The translations under genes and the position numbers were made by a program. Below, one piece after another: positions 1 to 9,536 of a DNA stretch of 64,000 bases. Each line of letters begins with the position of its first letter. The stretch's first letter is position 1. The notes under the pieces are model-generated. The model saw only the letters and a program-made list of their open reading frames with translations, was not told the origin of the DNA and searched no databases. Source of the DNA: Candidatus Heimdallarchaeum aukensis (GTDB taxonomy: Archaea; Asgardarchaeota; Heimdallarchaeia; Heimdallarchaeales; Heimdallarchaeaceae); contig CP084166.1 in assembly GCA_021513695.1 (NCBI GenBank), forward strand, positions 512,001 through 576,000, given 5' to 3'.

Positions 1-1541
1 ATCCCCTTGCTCTTAGATTCATAAGTAATTGCAATACGTTAAAGAAAGGAGAAAAAAACATCCTGAATTATGCATTCAATGAAATATATGACAATCTCTC
101 ACCAAAAGAGAAAGAATTGTTATTTTTTCTCTATACATGTCGATATCCAGTGACAACTCAAATGCTTTTAGATAATAACTTTTCTTATGAAACTTTCCAA
201 AGACTCTATAACAAAAGCTTTTGTTTTAAAACAGTTTTAGGTAATGTGCAACTACATTATATCCTTCGCAGCTTCCTTCACAAGCTTTTCTCACATAGTA
301 TATCAGAAAACACGCAAATAGTAACTAACATAAAGATTGCAGAATATTATAGAAAAAATAAAACACCCTTGAACATTATTGCTGCTATATATCATTATTT
401 TCATGCAAAAGAACACGAACAAGCTATAAAGCTAGCGATTCAATATGAGGATCTAATTATCGAAAATGGTTATTCTCAAGAGTTGATAGATATTTTAGAA
501 ACGTTTGAAAAAGATATTATTTTAAAAGAAGATTGGAAGAGTATACTACAACTCAAAGGTAACGCGTATAATGCAATAGGAAAAATAAATTATGCGTTAA
601 ATTTATACTTACAAGTCTTGGAATTATGCAAGAATACAGAAAAACCAGAAATAGAGCTTTTATTGGAAATAGGAAAATTGTATTTGAAAAAAAACGCATT
701 TGATATTGCTTTAGATAAATATATCGAATGTTTAAGAAATGCAAAAGAAAGTGATAATAAAGAGAACATTGCTTATAGTTACTATTATATAGGAAAAACC
801 TACTGGAAAAAAGGAAATCTTAAAAAATCGATTAGATGTTTGAAGAAAGCTCTTAGGTTCAGTAATCAAACCAACAATCTACACCTTAAAGGAAAAATCT
901 ACATGGATTTTGCGATGGTATATTCTCTCAGAGCAATGTGGCAACAAGCAATAAATAGTTCTCTTCTAAGTCTTGAATTATTAGAAAGAACAGGCAATTA
1001 CTATGAGATAAGTAAGGCGTATAATAATATTGGAGTAATCTATTCCTCTAGGGGAGATTATGAGAAAGCAATTTATTACTACGAAAAACAATTAAGATGT
1101 GCAGAGAAATACGACTTTATACGAACAAAAGTTTATGCTTTTTGTAATATTGCATGGGCAATTGCTAATAAAAATAATGTATCTAAACAAGAGTTAGAGA
1201 AAGCAATAGGTTTATGCTCACAAGCTTTTGATATCTCACGACATCTTAAGGATGATAGGATAACAGCAGGTCTCTACACAGCTTATGGTTGCTTATTTGC
1301 AAAAATGCAAAAGTGGGCAAAAGCTATCCATTACTTTAATCATGCAATCAACTACTTAGAAAAAGAGAAGGATATCCTTCTCCTTCCTCGAATATTTTTT
1401 TGGTTTGGAAAAATCTATAAAGAGAAAGGCGATATAGCCAATGCTAAGAAATATTTTAACAGAGCTTATAAATATTATAAAAGAAGAAAAAACCGAATAA
1501 GAATTAAAGAGATTGAAGTTGAATTAGAAACATGTGTTTAG
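1..1541 (+). CDS. TPR-repeat protein, 5'-partial (reading frame open to the window start)
   Basis: Frame 3 is open from nt 3 with no stop before the annotated ORF at 117. Tandem ~34-aa TPR-like units are seen (e.g. AYNAIGKINYALNLYLQVLEL, AYSYYYIGKTYWKKGNLKKSIRCLKKAL, AYNNIGVIYSSRGDYEKAIYYYEKQL). Confidence 0.5.
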   Translation, partial: PLALRFISNCNTLKKGEKNILNYAFNEIYDNLSPKEKELLFFLYTCRYPVTTQMLLDNNFSYETFQRLYNKSFCFKTVLGNVQLHYILRSFLHKLFSHSISENTQIVTNIKIAEYYRKNKTPLNIIAAIYHYFHAKEHEQAIKLAIQYEDLIIENGYSQELIDILETFEKDIILKEDWKSILQLKGNAYNAIGKINYALNLYLQVLELCKNTEKPEIELLLEIGKLYLKKNAFDIALDKYIECLRNAKESDNKENIAYSYYYIGKTYWKKGNLKKSIRCLKKALRFSNQTNNLHLKGKIYMDFAMVYSLRAMWQQAINSSLLSLELLERTGNYYEISKAYNNIGVIYSSRGDYEKAIYYYEKQLRCAEKYDFIRTKVYAFCNIAWAIANKNNVSKQELEKAIGLCSQAFDISRHLKDDRITAGLYTAYGCLFAKMQKWAKAIHYFNHAINYLEKEKDILLLPRIFFWFGKIYKEKGDIANAKKYFNRAYKYYKRRKNRIRIKEIEVELETCV

Positions 1542-1932
1542 TTTAACTTTTGTAAGTTATTTATGCAATTTTCATTGTTTACTTACACAAACAAGTTGAT
1601 ATTAACAAAAGATAAGCAATTATATTCTCTGTTAAAGAGGACTGGAATACGTAGCGAATATATGGAGCTACCTAAATCAAGAGAAATAGCCAATAAAATT
1701 AAAATAACATACAATCAGTTTTCATATCTTGCTCGAGAATTGTTAGTATTATCTCCTTATTTAATAATAGAAGTAGATAATAAATCAATAGTACTAACAA
1801 TGAATTGGTTTGGACATGAAAAAGAAAAAATGGTATAGAGGAGTAAAACGCTACAACAAAAATTGATGGTAAAGTTAGACATTTGTGTATTAAATGAAAT
1901 AAATATACTTATACAATATGAGCTATTGCGAT

Positions 1933-2301
1933 TTATAATTCTTCTAATTCATATTCTGTAACTTCTTTTTTAAATTCTTCTTCAGTTAATAGTACAACAT
2001 CAAAATCTAAATCTTCTATTTTCATATTAATAACATTGTATGAACTACCAATTTCAATATGAGCTTTAGGAAACCCATACTTGAGATTGGATGCAATCAT
2101 AGGATAAATATTCTTTTTAGGAGGATCTCCTGCAACAGTAAATATGATGTCTAAATCACTCTTATTACGATGATTCCCTCTTCTTCTTGAACCAGCTCTT
2201 GCTATTCCACTAACTCTAAGTCCAGTATTGTTTTTTATGAAATTTCCAATACTTCTCCACAACTTTGCATATCTCTGTTCAAATTCAGGTCTTTCAGCCA
2301 C
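1933..2301 (-). CDS. Minimal nucleotidyltransferase (MNT-like) domain protein
   Basis: The motif GSRRRGNHRNKSDLDIIF fits the GS-x9-13-DxD nucleotidyltransferase signature. Confidence 0.5.
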   Translation of the reverse strand: MAERPEFEQRYAKLWRSIGNFIKNNTGLRVSGIARAGSRRRGNHRNKSDLDIIFTVAGDPPKKNIYPMIASNLKYGFPKAHIEIGSSYNVINMKIEDLDFDVVLLTEEEFKKEVTEYELEEL

Positions 2302-2404
2302 AAGCTAAATTATTACTTAAAATATAAAAACATTTTTTCTTTTTTTCTTTAATTATTCTTAAAAATTTTTATTTTGAATTTCAAATTATTTTTTCAATTT
2401 GAAT

Positions 2405-3415
2405 AAGAGCGTTCAAAAATTAATTTTTATTAATGTGAGGGTTTATGTTGGAATTATGACTTACTTTCAGATCAAGATCCCCACAAAGTAAGAGAATTCA
2501 TAATCATTATGAACCTTTCCTTAAGAAACTGGTGGATGAGAAAACGAGAGAAAGCAAAAAAGGAAGAAAAAGAATAGCAAAAAGATGGGTGATTCTGGCT
2601 TTAGCGATTATTGCTAGAATAGACGGGATAGCTTGGAGGAAGTTAGAAGAAAAGTTGTCTCTATGTGATTTTTTGATAGAAGAGGGGTGGATGAGGAAGA
2701 TTCCTTCTAAATCTACTTTTCATGCTGTATGGAGAGCAACAGAAAGTAAAATCTTAGAGCAGTGGATAATAGATTTAGGGGGAGAAATAGTGAGAAAAAA
2801 AGGGTTGAAAGCTATGGCGGTGGACAGTTCAGGGTTTAAAATCCATCAAGCTTCTGTTTGGCGTTTTCTCAAATGGTCAAGAGGGACACTAAAGAAAACC
2901 TCTAAACTAAACTTCTCTTGAAGATACACCTTATAGCTGGTTTACCCTCCAGAGCTATAGTCTCTCTAGCACATTCTGCTAGTAACACTCACGATAGTAA
3001 AGTCTTCGGTTTGTTATGGCAAAAACTTCCTTCTGCACTCTTAAGACCGCTCTTGAGATTCTATGGTGACTGCGCCCACTGGACAGAAAATATCGTCGGT
3101 CTTCTTAGCCAACATTCCTTTTTTCCTGTTATTCCCCCAAAAAGTAATGCTCGTTATCCCTCTCCTCCTCCCCTTGGACCAATAGTTCAAGCTCATCGTC
3201 TCTACCCTGTTCTCTATCGTTTATCATAATCACCACCCCGAGTATCGTAGTAGTATTGAACACGTCTTTGGTCTCCTCAAACTCTCTCTTCCCCCAATCC
3301 TTGATCGCTTACCCTCTACCATTCTCTCTACTCTTTATAGTTCTCTCCTCTGTTACAACTACCTTTTATTCCTTCGGACCGTTTAGCAGGTGAAAAAGAA
3401 TTTTTGGACATGCTT
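2405..3415 (+). mobile_element. IS5-family-like insertion sequence, copy 1 (decayed)
   Basis: About 1 kb is near-identical to 50695..51700 on the opposite strand. The right TIR AATTTTTGGACATGCTT is intact. The left TIR is mutated (AAGAGCGTTCAAAAATT versus AAGCATGTCCAAAAATT). A possible 7-bp direct repeat TTTGAAT flanks the copy. Confidence 0.6.
2532..3385 (+). pseudogene. IS5-family (DDE_Tnp_1-like) transposase, orfA/orfB with extra frameshift
   Basis: OrfA (2532..2921) contains AVDSSGF (first D region). OrfB (2918..3229) is in the -1 frame and contains YGDCAHW. Compared with copy 2 there is an additional indel near 3200-3230 (CGTTTATCATAATCACCACCCC versus CGCCATAATCATCACCCC) that breaks orfB. 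Confidence 0.55.
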
Positions 3416-3861
3416 TTTGAATTAAATTTATCAATTCCTTATTGTCAAGAAAATCATTCTTAATGGAAAAAAATCTAAACAATTTTCATAGTTTGTTTCT
3501 CCAGCAATTATATCCTCTTTTAAAGGTTAGTAAAATAAAAAAAGCAATATCGCTTTCTGCACTTTAAAAAGTTTTATTCCACTCCTTATTTTCGAAGAAT
3601 TCAGTCATAATATTCTTAATTTATTCAGTTCTTGTTAAATAAAAAAAACAATAAAAATAGAATCACATCATTTCTTGAAGTTACAACTAACTTTTGGCGC
3701 ATAATAATTATAGATTAAAATACAAAAAGTTTGCTCAGAATTTGGGACTTTGAATGTTAAAATCATTATTCACTCTAGTTCGATTAGACTTTTGTAAAAA
3801 AAACATACAATAATAAAAAAAAATTTATTTTGATTTGAGAAAAATCCAATTCTCGTCTCAA

Positions 3862-5361
3862 TTATATATTTCTCGTTTGCTCAAGTTTACTTCTTTGTTT
3901 CCACAAATTAAGTATTCTTCGCTGTTTTTCTGATATTGTTTCAGTTTTTACTCTTTTTATTGCTCCTATCTTTTCATAAAAAGCATATAGTGCTGCCACT
4001 TTTATTTCCTCATTTTCTTCTATTTTTTCTTTGATTGAAGCTTTTTCTATAAAGTCTGTTGAAACTATTCTTTCTTGGAATTCTTTTGTTTCAAGTATAG
4101 TTTTATGGAAATCTATGTTGGTTGTAATCCCACTAATTGTTAATTCTTTAAAAGCTAACCTTGCTCTTTCTATTGCGTCGTTTCTTGTTTTTCCCCATAC
4201 AATTAGTTTTCCTAAAAGAGAGTCATATTCATTTGACACATTGTAAGATGAAAAAACAAAAGTATCAAATCTTACATGATATATACTTGGAGCTATTAAT
4301 TGTTCAATTTTTCCTGATTTAGGTAAGAAGGTTTTTGGGTCTTCAGCATTTATTCTAAATTCAATTGCACTTCCATTTATTTTTATTTCATCTTGAACAT
4401 AACTTAATTTTAATCCTCCTGCTACTCTGATTTGTTCAACTACAAGATCTATTCCAGTAACCATTTCTGTTACAGGGTGTTCTACTTGAATCCTTGGATT
4501 AACTTCATTGAAATAAATTTGTCCATCTTTGTAAAGAAATTCAGCTGTTCCAGCATTAACATATCCTAGCTCTTTAGCCATCTTACAGACTTTTTCTCCA
4601 AGTTCATTTCTTTCTTGTTCTGTCAAAAATGAAGGCGCTTCTTCTATTAGTTTCTGATGAGAACGCTGAATGCTACATTCTCTATCTCCTAAGTGGATTA
4701 CATTACCATAACTATCTCCAATGAACTGTATCTCTATGTGTCTTGGAGATTCGATGTATTTCTCTATGAAAACAGACTTATTACCAAAAAAGTTCTCTGC
4801 TACAGATTGTGCTCCTAAAAGAGAGATTTCTAAAGTTTCGGGAGAGTTGACTATTTCCATTCCTTTTCCTCCCCCTCCAAAAGCAGCTTTAATAATTATA
4901 GGATAACCTATTTTTTCTGCTACTGTCTTTGCTTCTTCCAGTGTTTCTACATATCCTTTTGAACCTGGAACAACAGGTATTCCTACTTTACTTGCTATGC
5001 TTCTTGCTTTAACTTTGTCTCCTAGAAGGTCTATTACCTCTGGAGAAGGACCAATGAAAACAATCTTGCTTTTTATTACTTTTCTTGCAAATTCTGAGTT
5101 TTCAGAGAGAAAACCATAACCTGGATGTATAGCATCACATTTAGCTTTTTTGGCTATTTTTATTATTTTATCAATGTTAAGATAAGTTTCATTAACTGAA
5201 CCAGAACCAATACAATAAGCTTCATCTGCTAGTTTAACGTGTAATGACTGAGAATCGACTACGGTAAAGATAGCTACAGTTTTGATATTCATAAGTTTAC
5301 AAGCACGAATGATTCTAACAGCTATCTCTCCTCTATTTGCAATAAGTATCTTCTTAAGCAT
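3862..5361 (-). CDS. accC: Biotin carboxylase / pyruvate carboxylase subunit A (ATP-grasp)
   Basis: MLKKILIANRGEIAVRIIRAC, HPGYGFLSEN and the glycine-rich AAFGGGGKGM loop are seen. The likely start is the Met of MLKKIL (5361), not the upstream ORF-track Met. Confidence 0.85.
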   Translation of the reverse strand: MLKKILIANRGEIAVRIIRACKLMNIKTVAIFTVVDSQSLHVKLADEAYCIGSGSVNETYLNIDKIIKIAKKAKCDAIHPGYGFLSENSEFARKVIKSKIVFIGPSPEVIDLLGDKVKARSIASKVGIPVVPGSKGYVETLEEAKTVAEKIGYPIIIKAAFGGGGKGMEIVNSPETLEISLLGAQSVAENFFGNKSVFIEKYIESPRHIEIQFIGDSYGNVIHLGDRECSIQRSHQKLIEEAPSFLTEQERNELGEKVCKMAKELGYVNAGTAEFLYKDGQIYFNEVNPRIQVEHPVTEMVTGIDLVVEQIRVAGGLKLSYVQDEIKINGSAIEFRINAEDPKTFLPKSGKIEQLIAPSIYHVRFDTFVFSSYNVSNEYDSLLGKLIVWGKTRNDAIERARLAFKELTISGITTNIDFHKTILETKEFQERIVSTDFIEKASIKEKIEENEEIKVAALYAFYEKIGAIKRVKTETISEKQRRILNLWKQRSKLEQTRNI

Positions 5362-5625
5362 GAAAAGTGAATATGCTACACCTTTATTTAAATGAGTTGT
5401 TGTTTTATGAGTAAAAAATATTATAAAAAAATACAATTTCAATTTATTTGAAATTAATTCAACAGAGAAATTCTTACTTGTTACATAGGTTTCTAAATGA
5501 TCTTTAATCTTAATTATAATAACAATAGAAACAATCTAAAGAGAACACTTCCTAAATTAGTAAAGTCAGTAGACAAAAATATTAATAATTAGCAACTAAT
5601 TATCCAATTTAGTTATATTTCCCAA

Positions 5626-6590
5626 GTGTTTGACTTGAATAAAGAGGTTCTATACAATTTTTTTCATTCTCGAATCTTCAGTATCATTCAAGCTTTCTTT
5701 ATTACAATTCTGTGGTCATCTTCTTGGATACTAATAAAAGAAGGACTAGAAGATATTCCACCTATATTCTTTGCGGGAATTAGATATACTATTTCTTCAT
5801 TTATTTTAATCATTTTAGTATTTATTTTCTATAATAAAGAACAAACAAATGTAAAGATTTCCAAAAAATTATGAGGAAAACTAATTATTTATGGATTTAC
5901 TTTTTATACCATCACTCAAGGAGCTCAATTTATTGGAATATATTTTCTTCCAACTATTACAGTAAGCATGGTTTATAGTTTCACTCCTATAATTGTAGTT
6001 CTATTTTCTTACTTGATTTTAAAAGAGAAATCAAGTTTAATTCAGTTACTAATAGTTTTAGCTTCTATTGTTGGAGTAGTTCTCTACTTTAATCCCTTTT
6101 ACCAACAAGAAAGAACAGACTTTTTTACAATTGGTATTATTATAGTTATTTTTGGTGTAATAGCAAACGCCTTAGCAACAATAATTGGTCGAGACATTAA
6201 TAGTTCAAAGCAAATTCCTCCTCTTCTTGTGACATCAATTAGTAAGACTATAGGTTCGATTATTTTACTTATAGTAGCATTAATAATTGAGAATTTGCCC
6301 AAAATATCACTTAAATCTCTATTAATTATTCTTTGGTTAAGTATTGTAAACACAGCATTTGCTTTTACATTATGGAACAAAGTGATGCAAAAGCTAAAAG
6401 CAGTTGAGTTAATAATGATTAACAACTCTATGCTTGCTCAATTGCAATTTTAGCAGTAATATTTCTAGGAGAACGTCATCTAATTATAGAATGGATTGGA
6501 TTAACAATAGTTGGTTTATGCTCTATTTTTATCCAAATATTTAGAAATAATGGGACAAAAGAAGTAATTACAAATAAAAATGAAAATTAA
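5626..6590 (+). pseudogene. EamA/DMT-family transporter with in-frame TGA and frameshift
   Basis: Two EamA-like halves sit in one frame and are interrupted by a single in-frame TGA at 5872..5874 (KKL*GKLIIYGF). A -1 frameshift near 6430-6440 is followed by CSIAILAVIFLGERHLIIEWIGLTIVG in frame 3, ending at TAA 6588..6590. Confidence 0.5.
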
Positions 6591-6611
6591 AAAAGAAAAA
6601 CTAGAGCTTTT

Positions 6612-7997
6612 TTAATTCTGTGAAGAGATGTTTATACCCTTTGTTTTAATATAAGGAGTTTCTAGATAGCCATTAACTTTTTTGGTTGTTTTACTTAAAG
6701 ACACAATATTTTTCAGTACATCGAAAACATTACCTGCGATAGTCACATTAGTTAAGGGGGTTGTGATCTCACCATTTTTTATAAGTTGAGCACCTTTAGC
6801 TACTCCAGAGAATATACCATTCTCAGATCTTTGAGAGCCAGCAAAGTATTCAAAGACTATACCTTCTTTTATATCTTCTATCATTTCATCGTATTTTGTG
6901 TCTCCTGGTTTAATTACTGGTACATTTGGAAAGATATTATTTGGAGGATTCATAAAACTGCTATTTATAAATCCACGATAAGAATTTCCTGTTGATTGTG
7001 TGTTTGCTTTGTTTGCTGTCTTTATATCAAACAAATGTGTCATCAATACTCCATCTTTAATTATTTCTAGTTCTTTAACTGGTGTTCCTTCGTCATCAAA
7101 AGGTCTAGCGGTAGAGGATTTTCCATCTAATGAATTATCTATAAACGAGAAGCCATCTATCGCTACTTTTTCTCCTATACTATCTTTCCAAAGTGATTGA
7201 TTATGTTGTGTTCTTTCTGCTGATATAGCCATTGCAATAACAATGAATATTGGGCTAAGGACAGCATCAGGTTTGAAAACAACTATGTCTGAATCTATAC
7301 CTTTTAATTTTTCAACATTGACATTTCTAATGGCTCTTTCTACTAATTCTTTACCAAATTGGTAGAAATCAACTTCTTTTGGATCTTTCACACTAAATGA
7401 ATCCGATACAAAAGAACCTACTTTCTCTCCTTCTCTTGCAATTGCAAGAAATGATCCATCAAGGCTATTTCTGATATAGTTTCCTTCTACACCAAGAGAG
7501 TTTGCTATTCCCACATATTCTTCAGAAAGGATGATTCGACTAAGGTCTGTTTTAACGCTTATTGGTGCTTCTTCAAAGGGTAATAGTATCTGTTTAGCAC
7601 TGTCTATTAGTTCTTCAACCGTAAAAGTAGATAATTGTTTTGAAAAAAGTCCTTCGATTGTTGAATAGGAACTGGGAGGAGCAAGAGCTATTCCTTCTTT
7701 TTTAGGTTTGACTTTTAACATCACAATTGCTTGTTCAACTGTTTGCTCTATTGCTTTTTTATCTGCTTTATTAGTATAACTAAATCCTTCTACAGAATCT
7801 AGTAAAACTCTTATTCCAAAACCTAATTCTTGCACTTCTTTCTCATTAGCTATTTCTTTTCCAGAACAAGTAACTTCTAGTTTCTTGTTATCAGAGAAAA
7901 ATACTTCAGCGTCTTTAACTCCTTTCTTTTCAGCATACTCAATAGCATATTGAGCAAGATAATAAGCTTCATCTCTATTGATATTTGATTCACTCAT
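6612..7997 (-). CDS. pmbA: PmbA/TldE-family protein (peptidase U62 modulator)
   Basis: TldD/PmbA-family similarity with no HExxxH motif. It is adjacent to tldD in tandem with a 0-nt gap. Confidence 0.7.
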   Translation of the reverse strand: MSESNINRDEAYYLAQYAIEYAEKKGVKDAEVFFSDNKKLEVTCSGKEIANEKEVQELGFGIRVLLDSVEGFSYTNKADKKAIEQTVEQAIVMLKVKPKKEGIALAPPSSYSTIEGLFSKQLSTFTVEELIDSAKQILLPFEEAPISVKTDLSRIILSEEYVGIANSLGVEGNYIRNSLDGSFLAIAREGEKVGSFVSDSFSVKDPKEVDFYQFGKELVERAIRNVNVEKLKGIDSDIVVFKPDAVLSPIFIVIAMAISAERTQHNQSLWKDSIGEKVAIDGFSFIDNSLDGKSSTARPFDDEGTPVKELEIIKDGVLMTHLFDIKTANKANTQSTGNSYRGFINSSFMNPPNNIFPNVPVIKPGDTKYDEMIEDIKEGIVFEYFAGSQRSENGIFSGVAKGAQLIKNGEITTPLTNVTIAGNVFDVLKNIVSLSKTTKKVNGYLETPYIKTKGINISSQN

Positions 7998-9398
7998 TTA
8001 ATTTCCTCCTGCAAGCATTGCTTTAACTGCTATATGTGGACCTCCAGCATCCACTTTGGCCGGTTGAATCTTTCCACAAGAACCTGAACCTAAAGAAATA
8101 ACAAAATCTTTGCCTACGCCTATAATATTGGATAAAACTTCAAAAGCGTTTCCAGTTAAAACAGGTCCCTGGTAAATTTTCTCTGTTATCTCCCCTTTAG
8201 TAATTCTAAAAGCTTCTAATGCTCCAAACATGAATTCTCCACTTGAATCTGCCTGTCCATTTTGTAGAGATTTAAGGTAGTAACCGTCACCTATAGCTTC
8301 TAATAATTCTTCAAAACTCATATCTCCAGATTCGATGTAGGTGTTCCTCATTCTAACAATTGGTTCATCAGCAAATGTGTAAGCTCTTGCGTTTCCTGTA
8401 GGTTCAACACCTAACTTTGTTGCTAGTTCTCTATTAGTCATATACCCTGTCATAACTCCATTGGTAATGATTTTCACTTCTTTTCCTTTTACTCCTTCAT
8501 CATCGAAAGGTAACCATCCTACACCCATCCAGTTAGTGCTTTCTTTAAAAGGAGAATCTACTATAGTTATTCGTTCATCACAAACTTTTTTACCCAACTT
8601 ACCTTGAGTAAAAGAGCCAGCAAGAACTAAGTCAGCTTCAGCAGTGTGTCCTATAGCTTCATGTGCAAGAACACCTACCATCTGATGATCTAATAACAAA
8701 TTATGTGTCCCTGCAGGGGGTAATGTTGCATCTGTTAATTGTGTAGATTTTTCACATGACGATTTAACTAGTTCATCTAGTGGATGTAAATCAAAAAACT
8801 CTGCTCCACAAGTATGAGACCATGATTTATATCCTCCAGCTATTTTCCCTTCTTTTGAAGCAACAGCATAACTAATAACCGTTGGTTTCATGTCTTCCCA
8901 TTCTACTCTTGTTCCTTCGTTAGTGAAAATAATTCTTTTATCAATGACCTCATTATAGCTAATTTGAAGACTTTTGACCGCTGAATAATCATTTTTTAAT
9001 TTTGAAGCTTCTTGTATCATCTTTATTTTTTCTTCAAGTGAAATGTCTAACAAGCTAATTTTCCTCGGTGATACAGCTTTTTCATCGATTATTTCTACTT
9101 CAGCTAATTGTATTTTTTCACTTTTTGAACTTGCAGAGTTTTTAGCTAAAGAAACCGCGTTAGAAACAATTTTTTCTGCATTTTCTTTGCTCAACTTATT
9201 CGTACTAGCAAAAGCCCAACTTCCATCAACTAGAACCCTAATTCCTATTCCATTTCTAGATCCTATGTTAGTGTTAATTTCTCCATTCTTATATACTAAA
9301 TCTGCAGAATATTTGTCTTGAAACCGAGCTTCTACAAATTCTGCTCCTTTTTTTTCTGCATACTCTAGAATATAGTTTAATAGATCTCTTATTTCCAA
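7998..9398 (-). CDS. tldD: TldD-family metallopeptidase (U62)
   Basis: The HEAIGH zinc-binding motif and overall TldD-like composition are seen. It is paired with pmbA. Confidence 0.8.
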   Translation of the reverse strand: MEIRDLLNYILEYAEKKGAEFVEARFQDKYSADLVYKNGEINTNIGSRNGIGIRVLVDGSWAFASTNKLSKENAEKIVSNAVSLAKNSASSKSEKIQLAEVEIIDEKAVSPRKISLLDISLEEKIKMIQEASKLKNDYSAVKSLQISYNEVIDKRIIFTNEGTRVEWEDMKPTVISYAVASKEGKIAGGYKSWSHTCGAEFFDLHPLDELVKSSCEKSTQLTDATLPPAGTHNLLLDHQMVGVLAHEAIGHTAEADLVLAGSFTQGKLGKKVCDERITIVDSPFKESTNWMGVGWLPFDDEGVKGKEVKIITNGVMTGYMTNRELATKLGVEPTGNARAYTFADEPIVRMRNTYIESGDMSFEELLEAIGDGYYLKSLQNGQADSSGEFMFGALEAFRITKGEITEKIYQGPVLTGNAFEVLSNIIGVGKDFVISLGSGSCGKIQPAKVDAGGPHIAVKAMLAGGN

Positions 9399-9536
9399 TT
9401 AATCACCTTTATTAAATGAACTCTAAATTTAGTACTCTAAACTATTATTAAAACGTATACAAAAAATTAACAGTAGTAATATTTATATTATTTAAACCAA
9501 TAAAGTTCTACTTAGAACATCTTTTAGGGGTTCAAA

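Noticed and set aside
3416-3861. Long AT-rich intergenic region and other long spacers (21618..21959, 62300..62967) scanned for tRNA/ncRNA genes
   Set aside because: No GC-rich cloverleaf-sized islands or conserved tRNA boxes could be recognised by eye. tRNA or sRNA genes cannot be excluded without tRNAscan or covariance searches.
4031-4906. Short plus-strand ORFs (4031..4246, 4721..4906) inside the accC gene, and similar antisense ORFs listed in the track. These include 553..744, 6099..6425, 6786..7200, 9043..9321, 10153..12797, 13482..13691, 16738..16965, 23074..24791, 25129..25665, 27279..27539, 28662..29078, 32109..32651, 34350..35018, 35464..35649, 36381..36911, 41642..41854, 44933..45259, 49991..50227, 51393..51638, 52676..53371, 55438..56007 and 56677..56883.
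   Set aside because: They lie antisense or out of frame within well-supported longer genes and have low-complexity, AT-driven composition. They are treated as spurious.
5362-5442. N-terminal extension of the accC ORF (MKLYFFIIFFTHKTTTHLNKGVAYSLF)
   Set aside because: Biotin carboxylases start at the conserved M-x-KK(I/V)LIANRGE. The extension is hydrophobic junk from the AT-rich upstream region.
5872-5874. In-frame TGA in the EamA gene as selenocysteine or alternative genetic code
   Set aside because: TGA terminates several well-supported neighbouring genes (e.g. 37636..40335 and the IS481 transposase). No SECIS-like context was sought or seen. A transporter TM segment is an implausible Sec site. 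The pseudogene or sequencing-error explanation is preferred.
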